Assembly (NCBI GenBank): GCA_944384465.1
Contig: CALWTK010000001.1
Coordinates: 20,062 to 84,061, forward strand
DNA length: 64,000 bases
Source of the DNA: an uncultured Clostridia bacterium
GTDB taxonomy: Bacteria > Bacillota > Clostridia > Christensenellales > UBA1242
Direction of reading: 5' to 3'
Of the stretch, positions 1 to 9,092 are shown piece by piece; within the stretch, counting starts at the first letter, position 1, and every line of letters starts with the position of its first letter. The translations under genes were made by a program, and so were the position numbers. The notes under the pieces were generated by a model. The model saw nothing but the letters and a program-made list of their open reading frames with translations. It was not told the origin of the DNA and did no database searches.

Positions 1-1072
1 TGAGTATTTCAATCATTCCGCACAATTGTTTGTACGCGTATCCCGATTTTTTACAATAGACTACGACTTGATTATTACTATAATAAATTTTATTTAGCAT
101 TTTGTCAATTTCATTTAGATTGTTCGGCAATAAAACATGTTTATTGTATACAGGCGAGTTGATTTTCTTTATGTTTGTCAACTTTTCAACTGGATAACTA
201 GCATTGACTAGCTTTATCAAATCAACATTTTTCCTTTTTTTAGCAATTGAAAGATGTGAAGAATAGATGAATGATACCCACTTGGTAAAATCTTCGCTAT
301 ATTTGTCATAAAAATCTGATTTTTTTAGATCATTTTCTATAAAGGAAAAAACTTTTGCCACATTTTTTATTTGCAACGAGAGTTTATTTTCGTCTTGCAC
401 ATTAGATTGTTGCCTAAAATGTATTCTATAAAAATAGTATCCTAAATGTACGTTTACCAAGCGCTTTGCAAACTTGAAAGCAAAATAGTTTATCAACACA
501 TCTTCTGAATAGACTATTTTCTCATCAATATCTAATCCGCCTATCTCATTTGCAACCCGCTTTAATAAGTCTGACTTGTACACTTTGTTCCAAAGCACAT
601 AATACGAATGCTCTAGCCCACGTTGAGAAAAATATTTCCACAATATTTCATCACCTTGCAGATCTAAATTTGAGTTGATAGTAGTATCTTTCTCGCAATA
701 GTATTTGACATTTTTTGTGAAAAAAGCCCAATCATTGATGACAATATCTGCGTTCGTCTCTCCTTGCCTTTGTATAAGTGCTTCGAGATAATCAAATGAC
801 ACAACATCATCCGCATCAACAAAGCAGACAAGCGGCGCCTTAGCCCTCATTATTGCCACACTTCTTGCCTGCATGGTGCCAGTATTATGTTCTAACTTGA
901 CATAATCAAATTTATAATCATTCACCAAATCTACATAATCAACAGTCGAGCCATCATCAACCACAATCACTTCGTAATCTTTCAGGGTGGAAGTATAAAT
1001 TGAGTCTAAGCATTGCTTAAATAAATCCTTGTCGACATTATATATACAGATCAAAATAGACAATCTCAACAT
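1..1072 (-). CDS. Glycosyltransferase family 2 (partial; 3' end runs off window)
   Basis: Not in ORF track. Manual translation from ATG 1072 gives MLRLSILICIYNVDKDLFKQCLDSIYTSTLKDYEVIVVDDGST, a typical GT-A N-terminus, with a later FVDADD DxD motif. Frame is still open at the window edge. Confidence 0.9.
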   Translation of the reverse strand, partial: MLRLSILICIYNVDKDLFKQCLDSIYTSTLKDYEVIVVDDGSTVDYVDLVNDYKFDYVKLEHNTGTMQARSVAIMRAKAPLVCFVDADDVVSFDYLEALIQRQGETNADIVINDWAFFTKNVKYYCEKDTTINSNLDLQGDEILWKYFSQRGLEHSYYVLWNKVYKSDLLKRVANEIGGLDIDEKIVYSEDVLINYFAFKFAKRLVNVHLGYYFYRIHFRQQSNVQDENKLSLQIKNVAKVFSFIENDLKKSDFYDKYSEDFTKWVSFIYSSHLSIAKKRKNVDLIKLVNASYPVEKLTNIKKINSPVYNKHVLLPNNLNEIDKMLNKIYYSNNQVVVYCKKSGYAYKQLCGMIEIL

Positions 1073-1257
1073 CTACACCCCAAAACTAAATTCTAAAAAA
1101 TTAATAAACATTAAAATAATTTTACTTTATAATATTTTTATATATAATACAAATACGAAAAATTATTGTCAAGTCAATATGCTTCAGTATAAATATTACT
1201 AAAAATGGCTAAATCTAAAAGTTATATTTATATTAATTTAAATAATAAATAAAGCGG

Positions 1258-1286
1258 TTGACTAAAAATATAAATAGTGATAAAAT
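1258..1286 (+). promoter_or_regulatory. sigma-A promoter of metG
   Basis: TTGACT-17 nt-TAAAAT with extended TG. Confidence 0.7.
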
Positions 1287-1342
1287 AATAAACATAATTT
1301 AAACGAAATCAAATGAATATTCATCTCATTAGGAGGAAAATA

Positions 1343-2950
1343 ATGAAAAACATATTGATAGGCGGAGCATGGCCATACGCCAACAATTCACTACATGTAG
1401 GCCACCTTGCAGCCTTGTTGCCCGGGGACGCGATAGCTCGTTACTATAGACAACATGGCGACAATGTGATCTATGTATCAGGTACAGATTCGCACGGAAC
1501 ACCTATAACAGTCAGGGCAAAAAAAGAAGGTGTCACCCCAGAAAGTATAGCTACTCATTACCATAATGAATTTGTCAAAAACTTTAACGAACTCGACTTT
1601 TCATACGACTTATATACGTCAACTATGACCCCATATCACGAAAAACATGTTCAAGATTATCTCAAAATCATTAAAGATAACGGTTATATCTATGAAAAAG
1701 ATGAGATGCAGGATTATTGTCCAAATTGTCAAACGTTCCTATCAGATAGAGAGATTATCGGTACCTGCCCACATTGCGGTGGAGTCGCCAAGGGCGACCA
1801 GTGTGATAACTGCCTCACCACATTGAATGCTGATGAAGTTTTGGACAAAAGATGTAGCATATGCTCTTCTCCAACAATCAAAAAGCCAAATAGACATCTA
1901 TATTTTGCGCTATCAAAATTCCAAGACAAGATCAAAGCATTGAACGAAAAACGTATAGGTCAATGGCGTGCCAACGCCACCAGCGAGACAAACAAATTCC
2001 TAGATATGGGATTGATTGACCGTGCTGTCACTAGACAACTTAGTTGGGGAATACCTGTTCCTTTTGACGGTTATGATGACAAAAAGGTCTATGTTTGGAT
2101 AGAAGCGGTGATGGGTTATCTGACTGCTGCTCAAAAAGTGGCAGAAACTAGAAACATTGATTTCAATGAGTTTATAAAAGATGGCAACGTGATATCATAC
2201 TATGCTCACGGCAAAGACAACATTCCTTTCCATACGGTGATATTCCCAGCTCTAATCATGTCTATAGATAAAGGATATAATCTACCTGACTATATAATTT
2301 CTTGCGAATATGTCAACATGAACAATGAGAAGATGTCAAAGAGCAAAGGGAATCTAATCAGCATCAACGAATTGGTCTCATTATTCCCGAAAGACTCGAT
2401 CAGATATTATATGTTGGCGAACGGCCCTGAAACAAAGGATATCAATTTCAGCTTAAACGACTTTATCCAAGTCCATAATAAATTCCTAGTAGGCGTGCTG
2501 GGCAATTTTATCAATAGGAATTTGTCATACATCAACAAAAAATTTGAAGGGAATATCCCAAACGGCACAGTTGATGAAAAGATAAAAGAATTGACAGTTG
2601 ATACCTTTGAGAAAGTTGGAAAATTGATAGAAGAAGGGAAACTGAGAGCTGCGATTGAAACTGCTATGTCTTTCGTCAGCGCAGGCAACAAGTACTATGA
2701 CGAACAAAAGCCTTGGATACAAGTGATAGAAAATATAGAAGGATTCAACAATACCACATATACGTGCGTATACATGATGGCAAATATCGCAAACTTGCTT
2801 GCTCCATTTATACCTTCTACATGCACGAAGATACAAGAAAAATTAGCTCTAAAGAAAGAATTTGTATGGCATCCTATAGATATAGGTAAAGATATTAAAG
2901 TTCAAAACAACGATTTGCTATTTGAAAGACTTCAGCCAATTAATCAATAA
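1343..2950 (+). CDS. metG: Methionine--tRNA ligase (short form, no C-terminal tRNA-binding domain)
   Basis: PYAN..LHVGH (HIGH), GTDSHG, Zn-knuckle CxxC motifs, KMSKS. AGGAGG precedes ATG 1343. Confidence 0.97.
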   Translation: MKNILIGGAWPYANNSLHVGHLAALLPGDAIARYYRQHGDNVIYVSGTDSHGTPITVRAKKEGVTPESIATHYHNEFVKNFNELDFSYDLYTSTMTPYHEKHVQDYLKIIKDNGYIYEKDEMQDYCPNCQTFLSDREIIGTCPHCGGVAKGDQCDNCLTTLNADEVLDKRCSICSSPTIKKPNRHLYFALSKFQDKIKALNEKRIGQWRANATSETNKFLDMGLIDRAVTRQLSWGIPVPFDGYDDKKVYVWIEAVMGYLTAAQKVAETRNIDFNEFIKDGNVISYYAHGKDNIPFHTVIFPALIMSIDKGYNLPDYIISCEYVNMNNEKMSKSKGNLISINELVSLFPKDSIRYYMLANGPETKDINFSLNDFIQVHNKFLVGVLGNFINRNLSYINKKFEGNIPNGTVDEKIKELTVDTFEKVGKLIEEGKLRAAIETAMSFVSAGNKYYDEQKPWIQVIENIEGFNNTTYTCVYMMANIANLLAPFIPSTCTKIQEKLALKKEFVWHPIDIGKDIKVQNNDLLFERLQPINQ

Positions 2951-2952
2951 TT

Positions 2953-2978
2953 AAAAGGAATATTTTATTCCTTTTTTT
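2953..2978 (+). terminator. Intrinsic terminator after metG
   Basis: AAAAGGAAT-attt-t-ATTCCTTTT followed by T run. Confidence 0.7.
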
Positions 2979-3122
2979 AATTAATTTTAAGCATATTCAT
3001 TTAAAGATTAAAATTTACATATATTTTTTAAGCAAAATATAGATATAATATAATAATTTAATGATGATATGTTTGACAAGATAATTTAATATATGTTTAT
3101 TTAATTAAAAGGGAGAAGGTTT

Positions 3123-3538
3123 ATGTTTAAATGGATAAAAGTATTATTCAGACCTAGGACTCAATATTTGGCTTTAATGGCAAAAGATCAAGAAGAAAAA
3201 GATAAAAGTAAAAATTAGGTATCCAATCATTGATTTTATCAATAATAGGTGCTGTCATCATGATCGCAATGGTTGCAATAGCGACAGTCTTGGCACAAAA
3301 TATCAATGAATCATTGGCTGGCAATTATTCATTCCCTGTCATGTCGCTATTCGGTGCTATTGTGTTTTATGTATTTGCATTCATAGGGTTAATGTTGTTG
3401 TTAAATTCCATTTCGTTTGCAAATTTTCAGCGAAAAATAAACAAGCATATATTTGGCAAGGTCGCTTTGATTGTTAGTCTTGTATTACTTTTAATCTCAA
3501 TAGTTACAACGGTCGTATTGATTGTTGTTATGTTGTAA
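3123..3538 (+). pseudogene. Small 3-TM membrane protein, frameshifted in an A5 tract (or assembly indel)
   Basis: RBS-led ORF from 3123 stops at 3216-3218. Adding one A at 3210-3214 joins it to the 3230..3538 hydrophobic ORF (DKSKKLGIQSLILSIIGAV). Confidence 0.6.
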
Positions 3539-3585
3539 ATTTATCTTTAACATACTTTAATACACTCAATCGTTTTTATATCAAT

Positions 3586-3648
3586 AAAAAACTCCCACGG
3601 ATAGCTAAAGTGTTTAATAAATATATCACTGCAGAATCCGTGGTTTTT
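3586..3648. terminator. Long imperfect hairpin between convergent genes, probable bidirectional terminator
   Basis: CCACGGAT...AGTG/CACT...ATCCGTGG flanked by A and T runs. Confidence 0.55.
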
Positions 3649-3720
3649 GAAATGTTAGATTCCTTTACTATACATATATATTCTATGGTTTTCTTAAAAA
3701 ATAGAAAGCAAAATTGCTTT

Positions 3721-6123
3721 CTATTTTTTCTTTGTTATATTAGTTTTCTTTTCTAACTCTTTGGTGGTCTCTTGAATCTTAGCACTCTCTTTTGCTATCT
3801 CATCGTCAATTTCTTTTAAGTACGCATCTATATCAGTTATTTTTGGCTCTTGTACTTCCAAAGCGTTCTCTACTTTACGTGGTCTGCCACGTCTCTTTGG
3901 CTGAGTAGTATCTTGATTTGTCTCTTCAACCACCTTTTTAGGACGTCCACGTTTCTTTTCTGTCACAGGTCCACTTGTTTGAGTAGTTTCTACAGCTGCT
4001 GTTTGAGTATTCTTCTTTGGTCTGCCGCGTCTCTTTGGTTGAGTAGCTTCTACATAGTCCTCTTTTATAGTCTCTTCTGCTACCTTTTTAGGTCGACCAC
4101 GTTTCTTTTTTGTCGTGTCTTGCGCCACAGTTGATTCTTCATTTTTGGTAGCGTCAACGTCATTTTTTCTAGGTCTGCCCCTTCTCTTTGGCGTCTGTGC
4201 ATCAGACTCTTGCTGTATTGGCTGTGAATCGACACTTGCATCCGCAGTCGTTGCTTTCTTCGGTCTACCACGTGAGCGCTTAGGTTTAGCTATTTCTTCC
4301 TTTGCTTCTTCTTTTTTAGGTCGTCCTACTTTGCGTTTTGGTTTTTCCTCTGTGGCAGTTTTCTTTGGTCGACCCGCCCTTTTAACTGTTTTGCTTTCAT
4401 CTTCTTTGACAGTGAAGATATCTTGAGAATGCACAATGTTTTCTATGCCCCCGTCAACATTGGCTCCATCATCAACTTCTTGAGTAATCTCAGTGTCTGT
4501 CGCATCTATTGCCTCAGGTTGTATCGCATTTTCATCGTGTACAGGCTCTTCTTGTGTGTCTACATTTTGTTGTTCTGACTGAATATTGTATTGCTCATCT
4601 TGATTCGTATATTGCTCTTCATTCGCCTGCTCTTGTTCGCCCGGCTCTGCCTGTGGTGCGGTATATTCAGGTTGTACATTAGTATGTTGATCTGCATATT
4701 GTTGTTCTTGATAATTTCCAGCATTTATAGTTTGATTAGCTTGATCCAACTTTTCAACTAACTGTTGATTTTGGTTATAAATATTGTCAAGTTCTTGATC
4801 TTTAGCAACAAGTTTTTCTTCCAATTGTTTGATTTGATTTTTGAGTTCGTCCATCTTTTCTTGTTCACGTTGCTCTACCAAAGACAATGCTTGATCATAG
4901 ACTTTGTTGCTATATGAGCTAAACTCACTCATCATGCCGCGCTCTAGAGTCTGACGCGCTTGTTTAATAGCATTTTCCACACTTGTAAGTTCAGTTTGAT
5001 AATTCTCAAGCAATTTTTTATGTCTATCTGTCGCTGTATCATAATCCTTTTCGAGATTACGTTGACGATCCAATTCTTGCTGTTGTTGTTTTTTCAAATA
5101 GTTTGCTTCAATTGTGGATGTCACTTCTTCTAGCTGTGATTTGAAATTGTCAAACGATTCTTTACTTACCTGCATTTGACGTTGATATTCTTTCGTGATC
5201 TCACGGAAATTCATCTCTTCCTGAGTGATATCAGCATTGATTTGTTCAATGTCCTGCATGTATTTTTTACGTTCGGCAATATAGTTTTCCGCTTCCTGCA
5301 TGGCGCGCTCTAATACGAGTGAACTTTCGACCCCTGCCTCGTCAAAGTTGAATTTTTCATGTTCAACGTTTTTAAGTCGTGCTCTTTCCAATTCTTTTTG
5401 TTCTTCTTCCGCCCTTTTCTGTAAATAAGCATACAGAATTGGAATACCCTTTTTAATCTCATTTTTATCAAACAACACTTCATAATCTACGTATTCTGGC
5501 AATGTCTGAGTAGCTTTGTCTATATTCACTTCAAAATACTGGTAATTTTGATATAGATCGCTGACGATTGCATTATGACGTAAATCTAAAAATATCGTCA
5601 GAATAAAATTCAACACTAATATCAAGACTGGACACAACAAAGTACGTTGTAATATAAGTGCCAATTCTGTTGTCTCATACGATATATACAAGTTAAATAT
5701 AAACGCTACCAGTGCCAATATGTACGAAATAATATTCATCACTGTCATGTCACGTTTGTATGAACTGTTTTTAATCGGGGTAGATACGCATATATCAAAA
5801 GACATATAATGGCTAGCTTTGTCTTCTCTATATAAAACAAATTGTTGCCATTGTTTTCTCAACTGTTTAGGAACTTTACGTGATTTCATTTTGTTGTTGA
5901 AAGCGACCAGATTGTCCTCTGTGATCTGTGGATTATCTATAAAATAATTATTGAACATATCTATCGCTTTGATCAATTTTGCTTCATAAGCATTAGATGT
6001 AGAAATAATAACAATAAGAATTGTCAGAATAAATAATGATAAGAAAATAATGAAAACTTCATTGTATTGTATATAATTACTCAGCGAACTAAAAAACCTA
6101 TCCACTTCATTAAATATATTCAT
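3721..6123 (-). CDS. Membrane-anchored coiled-coil protein with eight C-terminal AT-hook-like (GRP) motifs
   Basis: Three hydrophobic segments in first ~185 aa, long E/Q/K coiled coil, acidic linker, repeated (K/R)xxGRP(K/R)K. AAGGGG RBS before ATG 6123. Confidence 0.8.
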   Translation of the reverse strand: MNIFNEVDRFFSSLSNYIQYNEVFIIFLSLFILTILIVIISTSNAYEAKLIKAIDMFNNYFIDNPQITEDNLVAFNNKMKSRKVPKQLRKQWQQFVLYREDKASHYMSFDICVSTPIKNSSYKRDMTVMNIISYILALVAFIFNLYISYETTELALILQRTLLCPVLILVLNFILTIFLDLRHNAIVSDLYQNYQYFEVNIDKATQTLPEYVDYEVLFDKNEIKKGIPILYAYLQKRAEEEQKELERARLKNVEHEKFNFDEAGVESSLVLERAMQEAENYIAERKKYMQDIEQINADITQEEMNFREITKEYQRQMQVSKESFDNFKSQLEEVTSTIEANYLKKQQQQELDRQRNLEKDYDTATDRHKKLLENYQTELTSVENAIKQARQTLERGMMSEFSSYSNKVYDQALSLVEQREQEKMDELKNQIKQLEEKLVAKDQELDNIYNQNQQLVEKLDQANQTINAGNYQEQQYADQHTNVQPEYTAPQAEPGEQEQANEEQYTNQDEQYNIQSEQQNVDTQEEPVHDENAIQPEAIDATDTEITQEVDDGANVDGGIENIVHSQDIFTVKEDESKTVKRAGRPKKTATEEKPKRKVGRPKKEEAKEEIAKPKRSRGRPKKATTADASVDSQPIQQESDAQTPKRRGRPRKNDVDATKNEESTVAQDTTKKKRGRPKKVAEETIKEDYVEATQPKRRGRPKKNTQTAAVETTQTSGPVTEKKRGRPKKVVEETNQDTTQPKRRGRPRKVENALEVQEPKITDIDAYLKEIDDEIAKESAKIQETTKELEKKTNITKKK

Positions 6124-6675
6124 ACGCACCCCTTAACGACATTTTTTTACATTATTATTATAACACAAAGATTTATTAATTACTAATAAATTAAAAATAT
6201 TTTTTAAAATTTTTTAAGATTTTTTATGAACGAATTCACCCATATACAGCAAATTAAGTTTTGTGATTAATAGAAAATTAAATAAAATTGCATAAATGAA
6301 TAAAGAGCCAACCATCTTTTATGATAATAAATAAAAAACACTGAAATTATGGTAAATTTACTAATAATTTTATTATAAAAATAGAAGGATATAACTCTTT
6401 ATTTTTTTGTAAATTTACTATAAGTTTATACTTATAAAATACACTAAAATAAAACTCCTTAATTAAATAAATAATGAGTACATCAATATAATATTACCGA
6501 TATATAATCTATAGCGATATATAACATATAGCAATTAAAGATTATAAATGTAAATAGAATATTTAAACAATTAAATAAATTGTTTTAATTGTCTTTGAAT
6601 GTTAAAGTTAAAAAAATGATAAAAATTCAAAATTTATAAAAAAATTTGCACCTGCGTATCCCTGACATAAAATAA

Positions 6676-6704
6676 TTGACTTCCCCATAAGCTTATAGTA
6701 TAAT
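6676..6704 (+). promoter_or_regulatory. sigma-A promoter of Zn-peptidase gene
   Basis: TTGACT-17 nt-TATAAT. Confidence 0.75.
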
Positions 6705-6727
6705 CAATTCAAAATAATGGAGAAAAA

Positions 6728-7456
6728 ATGTTTAGTACTTATTTAGTTTATTATATGTTGGGCATTGTGATGATACCGGGCATAATATTAGGCATATGGG
6801 CGCAGACAAAGGTGCGTTCCTCTTTCAATCAATATAATAAAGTTGAGACCAAGCATGGCAAATCTGCTAAAGATGTAGCGCGCTTTATGCTAGACAGCGG
6901 AGGATGTGTTGATACACAAATTCAACCTATAAAGGGTGAATTGACAGATAATTATAACCCATCAACTAATATTGTATCTCTATCAGAATCGGTATATAAT
7001 CAAACGACCATAGCTGCCATAGGCGTCACTGCCCACGAGATAGGACATGTATTTCAGCACAAGAACGGTTACGCCCCAATAAAAATAAGGAATGTACTAG
7101 TCCCAGTCATGAACATATCTAGTTTCTTGATGTGGCCACTTATCATCATCGGGCTTATAATGGAGATGTCTTATTATGTGACGGCAGCAAATTGGCTGAT
7201 CTATATAGGAATTGGACTATATGCTTTGAACATCATTTTCTGCCTAGTCACTCTACCTATTGAAATCAATGCCAGCAATCGGGCGAAAAAGATGCTTCTA
7301 GCGACTGGTGAAATGGATACCGAAGAGATAAAAGGTGTAGAAAAAGTTTTGAGCGCAGCAGCGTGGACCTATGTGGCAGCATTGGTTACTTCAATTTTAT
7401 CACTATTGAGATTGTTACTATTCGTATTCATGATGCGTGGCGGGGACAGAAATTAG
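6728..7456 (+). CDS. Membrane zinc metallopeptidase (Zn_peptidase_2 / YugP-like)
   Basis: GELTDNYNP, AHEIGHVFQH (HExxH), VTLPIEINASNRA, AAAWTYVA. Confidence 0.9.
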   Translation: MFSTYLVYYMLGIVMIPGIILGIWAQTKVRSSFNQYNKVETKHGKSAKDVARFMLDSGGCVDTQIQPIKGELTDNYNPSTNIVSLSESVYNQTTIAAIGVTAHEIGHVFQHKNGYAPIKIRNVLVPVMNISSFLMWPLIIIGLIMEMSYYVTAANWLIYIGIGLYALNIIFCLVTLPIEINASNRAKKMLLATGEMDTEEIKGVEKVLSAAAWTYVAALVTSILSLLRLLLFVFMMRGGDRN

Positions 7457-8472
7457 TTGATAAATTTACGCTCGGCACGCATATTGGAAAATTTAGTCAT
7501 AATTTCGTATTCTGAACTGTTGATATGATTTGCATACATTTTTAGGGAGTTGATGTGATTTAATATATAGACATCGTCTCCTTTTTTTAGATCCGTTTTT
7601 GAAATATCAATCATAAAACAATCCATACAGATGTTCAAAACCTTACATTCATACCCCTTGACATTCAACTCACATCCGATATACCCTAAATCAAACCCAT
7701 CCGCATACCCTACAGGTACGACAGCTATTTTCATATTTTGCTGTGCGACAAATCTATAATCATAGCCTACAAGTTCGCCTTTTTTTATAAAATTGATATG
7801 TACTATCTTGCTTTTTATGCTTACAACGTGCTTAAATTCAGAATTGTCTCTGTTGTAAAGATTGAACCCAATTCGCACCATGGACAAATTATGATTGTAT
7901 TTTTCATTTACAAAACTGTTGTTTGCATGGATAATAAGTTTCAACTTCAGTTTTTTGACTAAATTTATAAATTTATTAAATTTTTTCATCTGACAAGCGA
8001 CATATTCATCAGTCGTAGCAAAATGAGTAAAGATACCATCCAACTGCAAAAAACTACTTTTAACAATATTCAACATTTCTTTAAATTCTTTTAAACTATT
8101 TATTCCATACCTATTCATGCCAGTATTTATTTTTATATGAATTCTAATTTTTTTATTTAAGGATGCCAAAAATTTTATATCTTCTAAAGAATTGCATGCA
8201 TATGAAAAATCAGAACTAATTTTTTTTCGCTCCAACGGACCAACTATCAATATATTTTTTGTGGTATATTTCCGCACATTTTTTGCCTCAAAAAAACAAG
8301 CCACTCCGAAATAATCCACAAAATTGTCTATAGTTTTGACCACTTCTTTCAGCCCTACTCCATACGCGTTAGCTTTGACCATGGCACAGATCAAAGATTT
8401 AGGATTTTTCAGTTTGACTTGTTCTATATTGTTTATTAAATTGTATCTGTTGATTAAGATTTCATTAAACAT
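7453..8472 (-). CDS. alr: Alanine racemase
   Basis: AMVKANAYGVG PLP-lysine motif, HIKINTGMNRYG, VPVGYADG, ICMD. Confidence 0.95.
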   Translation of the reverse strand: MFNEILINRYNLINNIEQVKLKNPKSLICAMVKANAYGVGLKEVVKTIDNFVDYFGVACFFEAKNVRKYTTKNILIVGPLERKKISSDFSYACNSLEDIKFLASLNKKIRIHIKINTGMNRYGINSLKEFKEMLNIVKSSFLQLDGIFTHFATTDEYVACQMKKFNKFINLVKKLKLKLIIHANNSFVNEKYNHNLSMVRIGFNLYNRDNSEFKHVVSIKSKIVHINFIKKGELVGYDYRFVAQQNMKIAVVPVGYADGFDLGYIGCELNVKGYECKVLNICMDCFMIDISKTDLKKGDDVYILNHINSLKMYANHINSSEYEIMTKFSNMRAERKFIN

Positions 8473-8486
8473 ATAAGTATATATGA

Positions 8487-9086
8487 TTAATTTTCTTGAT
8501 TTGCACTAAACTCGCACCCGCAATAATTTTGCCTATAGATACCTTTGTCTTTACAAATAAGTGTAGAACGAAGATACCCATTTTCTTTCTTGAAATCGGC
8601 ATGCAGATATTTGACACCATACTTTTTAGATAGATTTTCCCCAGTCGAATTGATAAAATTGGCATCCTTGTGTGGACTGATGGATAGAGTGGTAGTGACT
8701 AAATCAAATTTGTTTTCTTTGGCAAACTTGAAAGCTCTATCCATTCTATACGCTATACATATCCTACATCTATCTCCGCCTTCTTTGTCCTGCTCGTGAT
8801 TTTTAATTACATCCAAAAAATCGTTGTGATCGTAGCCAATGTCTACGACATGGACGTCTAATTTTTTGAACTCTTCCCTTCTCTTCTCATATTCAGTTTG
8901 TGGATAAATGTTAGGATTAAAATATAGATAAGTCACATCAAAATAATCCTTAATTTTTTCAATGACAGCGCTTGAACATGGGGCACAACAGCAATGCAAA
9001 AGTAGTCTAGGTTTATTCTCTAGACTACTTATCTCATCATGCATTAATCTGTTGTAATCAATTTTCATACCCGAATTGTAAATCAA
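8487..9086 (-). CDS. queH: Epoxyqueuosine reductase QueH
   Basis: LLLHCCCAPCS, FNPNIYP, RCRICIAYR, TTLSISPHK, YRQNYCGC. Confidence 0.93.
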   Translation of the reverse strand: MIYNSGMKIDYNRLMHDEISSLENKPRLLLHCCCAPCSSAVIEKIKDYFDVTYLYFNPNIYPQTEYEKRREEFKKLDVHVVDIGYDHNDFLDVIKNHEQDKEGGDRCRICIAYRMDRAFKFAKENKFDLVTTTLSISPHKDANFINSTGENLSKKYGVKYLHADFKKENGYLRSTLICKDKGIYRQNYCGCEFSANQEN

Positions 9087-9092
9087 AACACC

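Noticed and set aside
1080-1342. T-box or SAM riboswitch upstream of metG
   Set aside because: The promoter lies only about 55 nt before the start, leaving no room, and no T-box motif was seen.
3721-6123. Zorya (ZorA) defence system
   Set aside because: Only a loose topological resemblance. No ZorB/MotB-like or ZorC/D/E genes adjacent.
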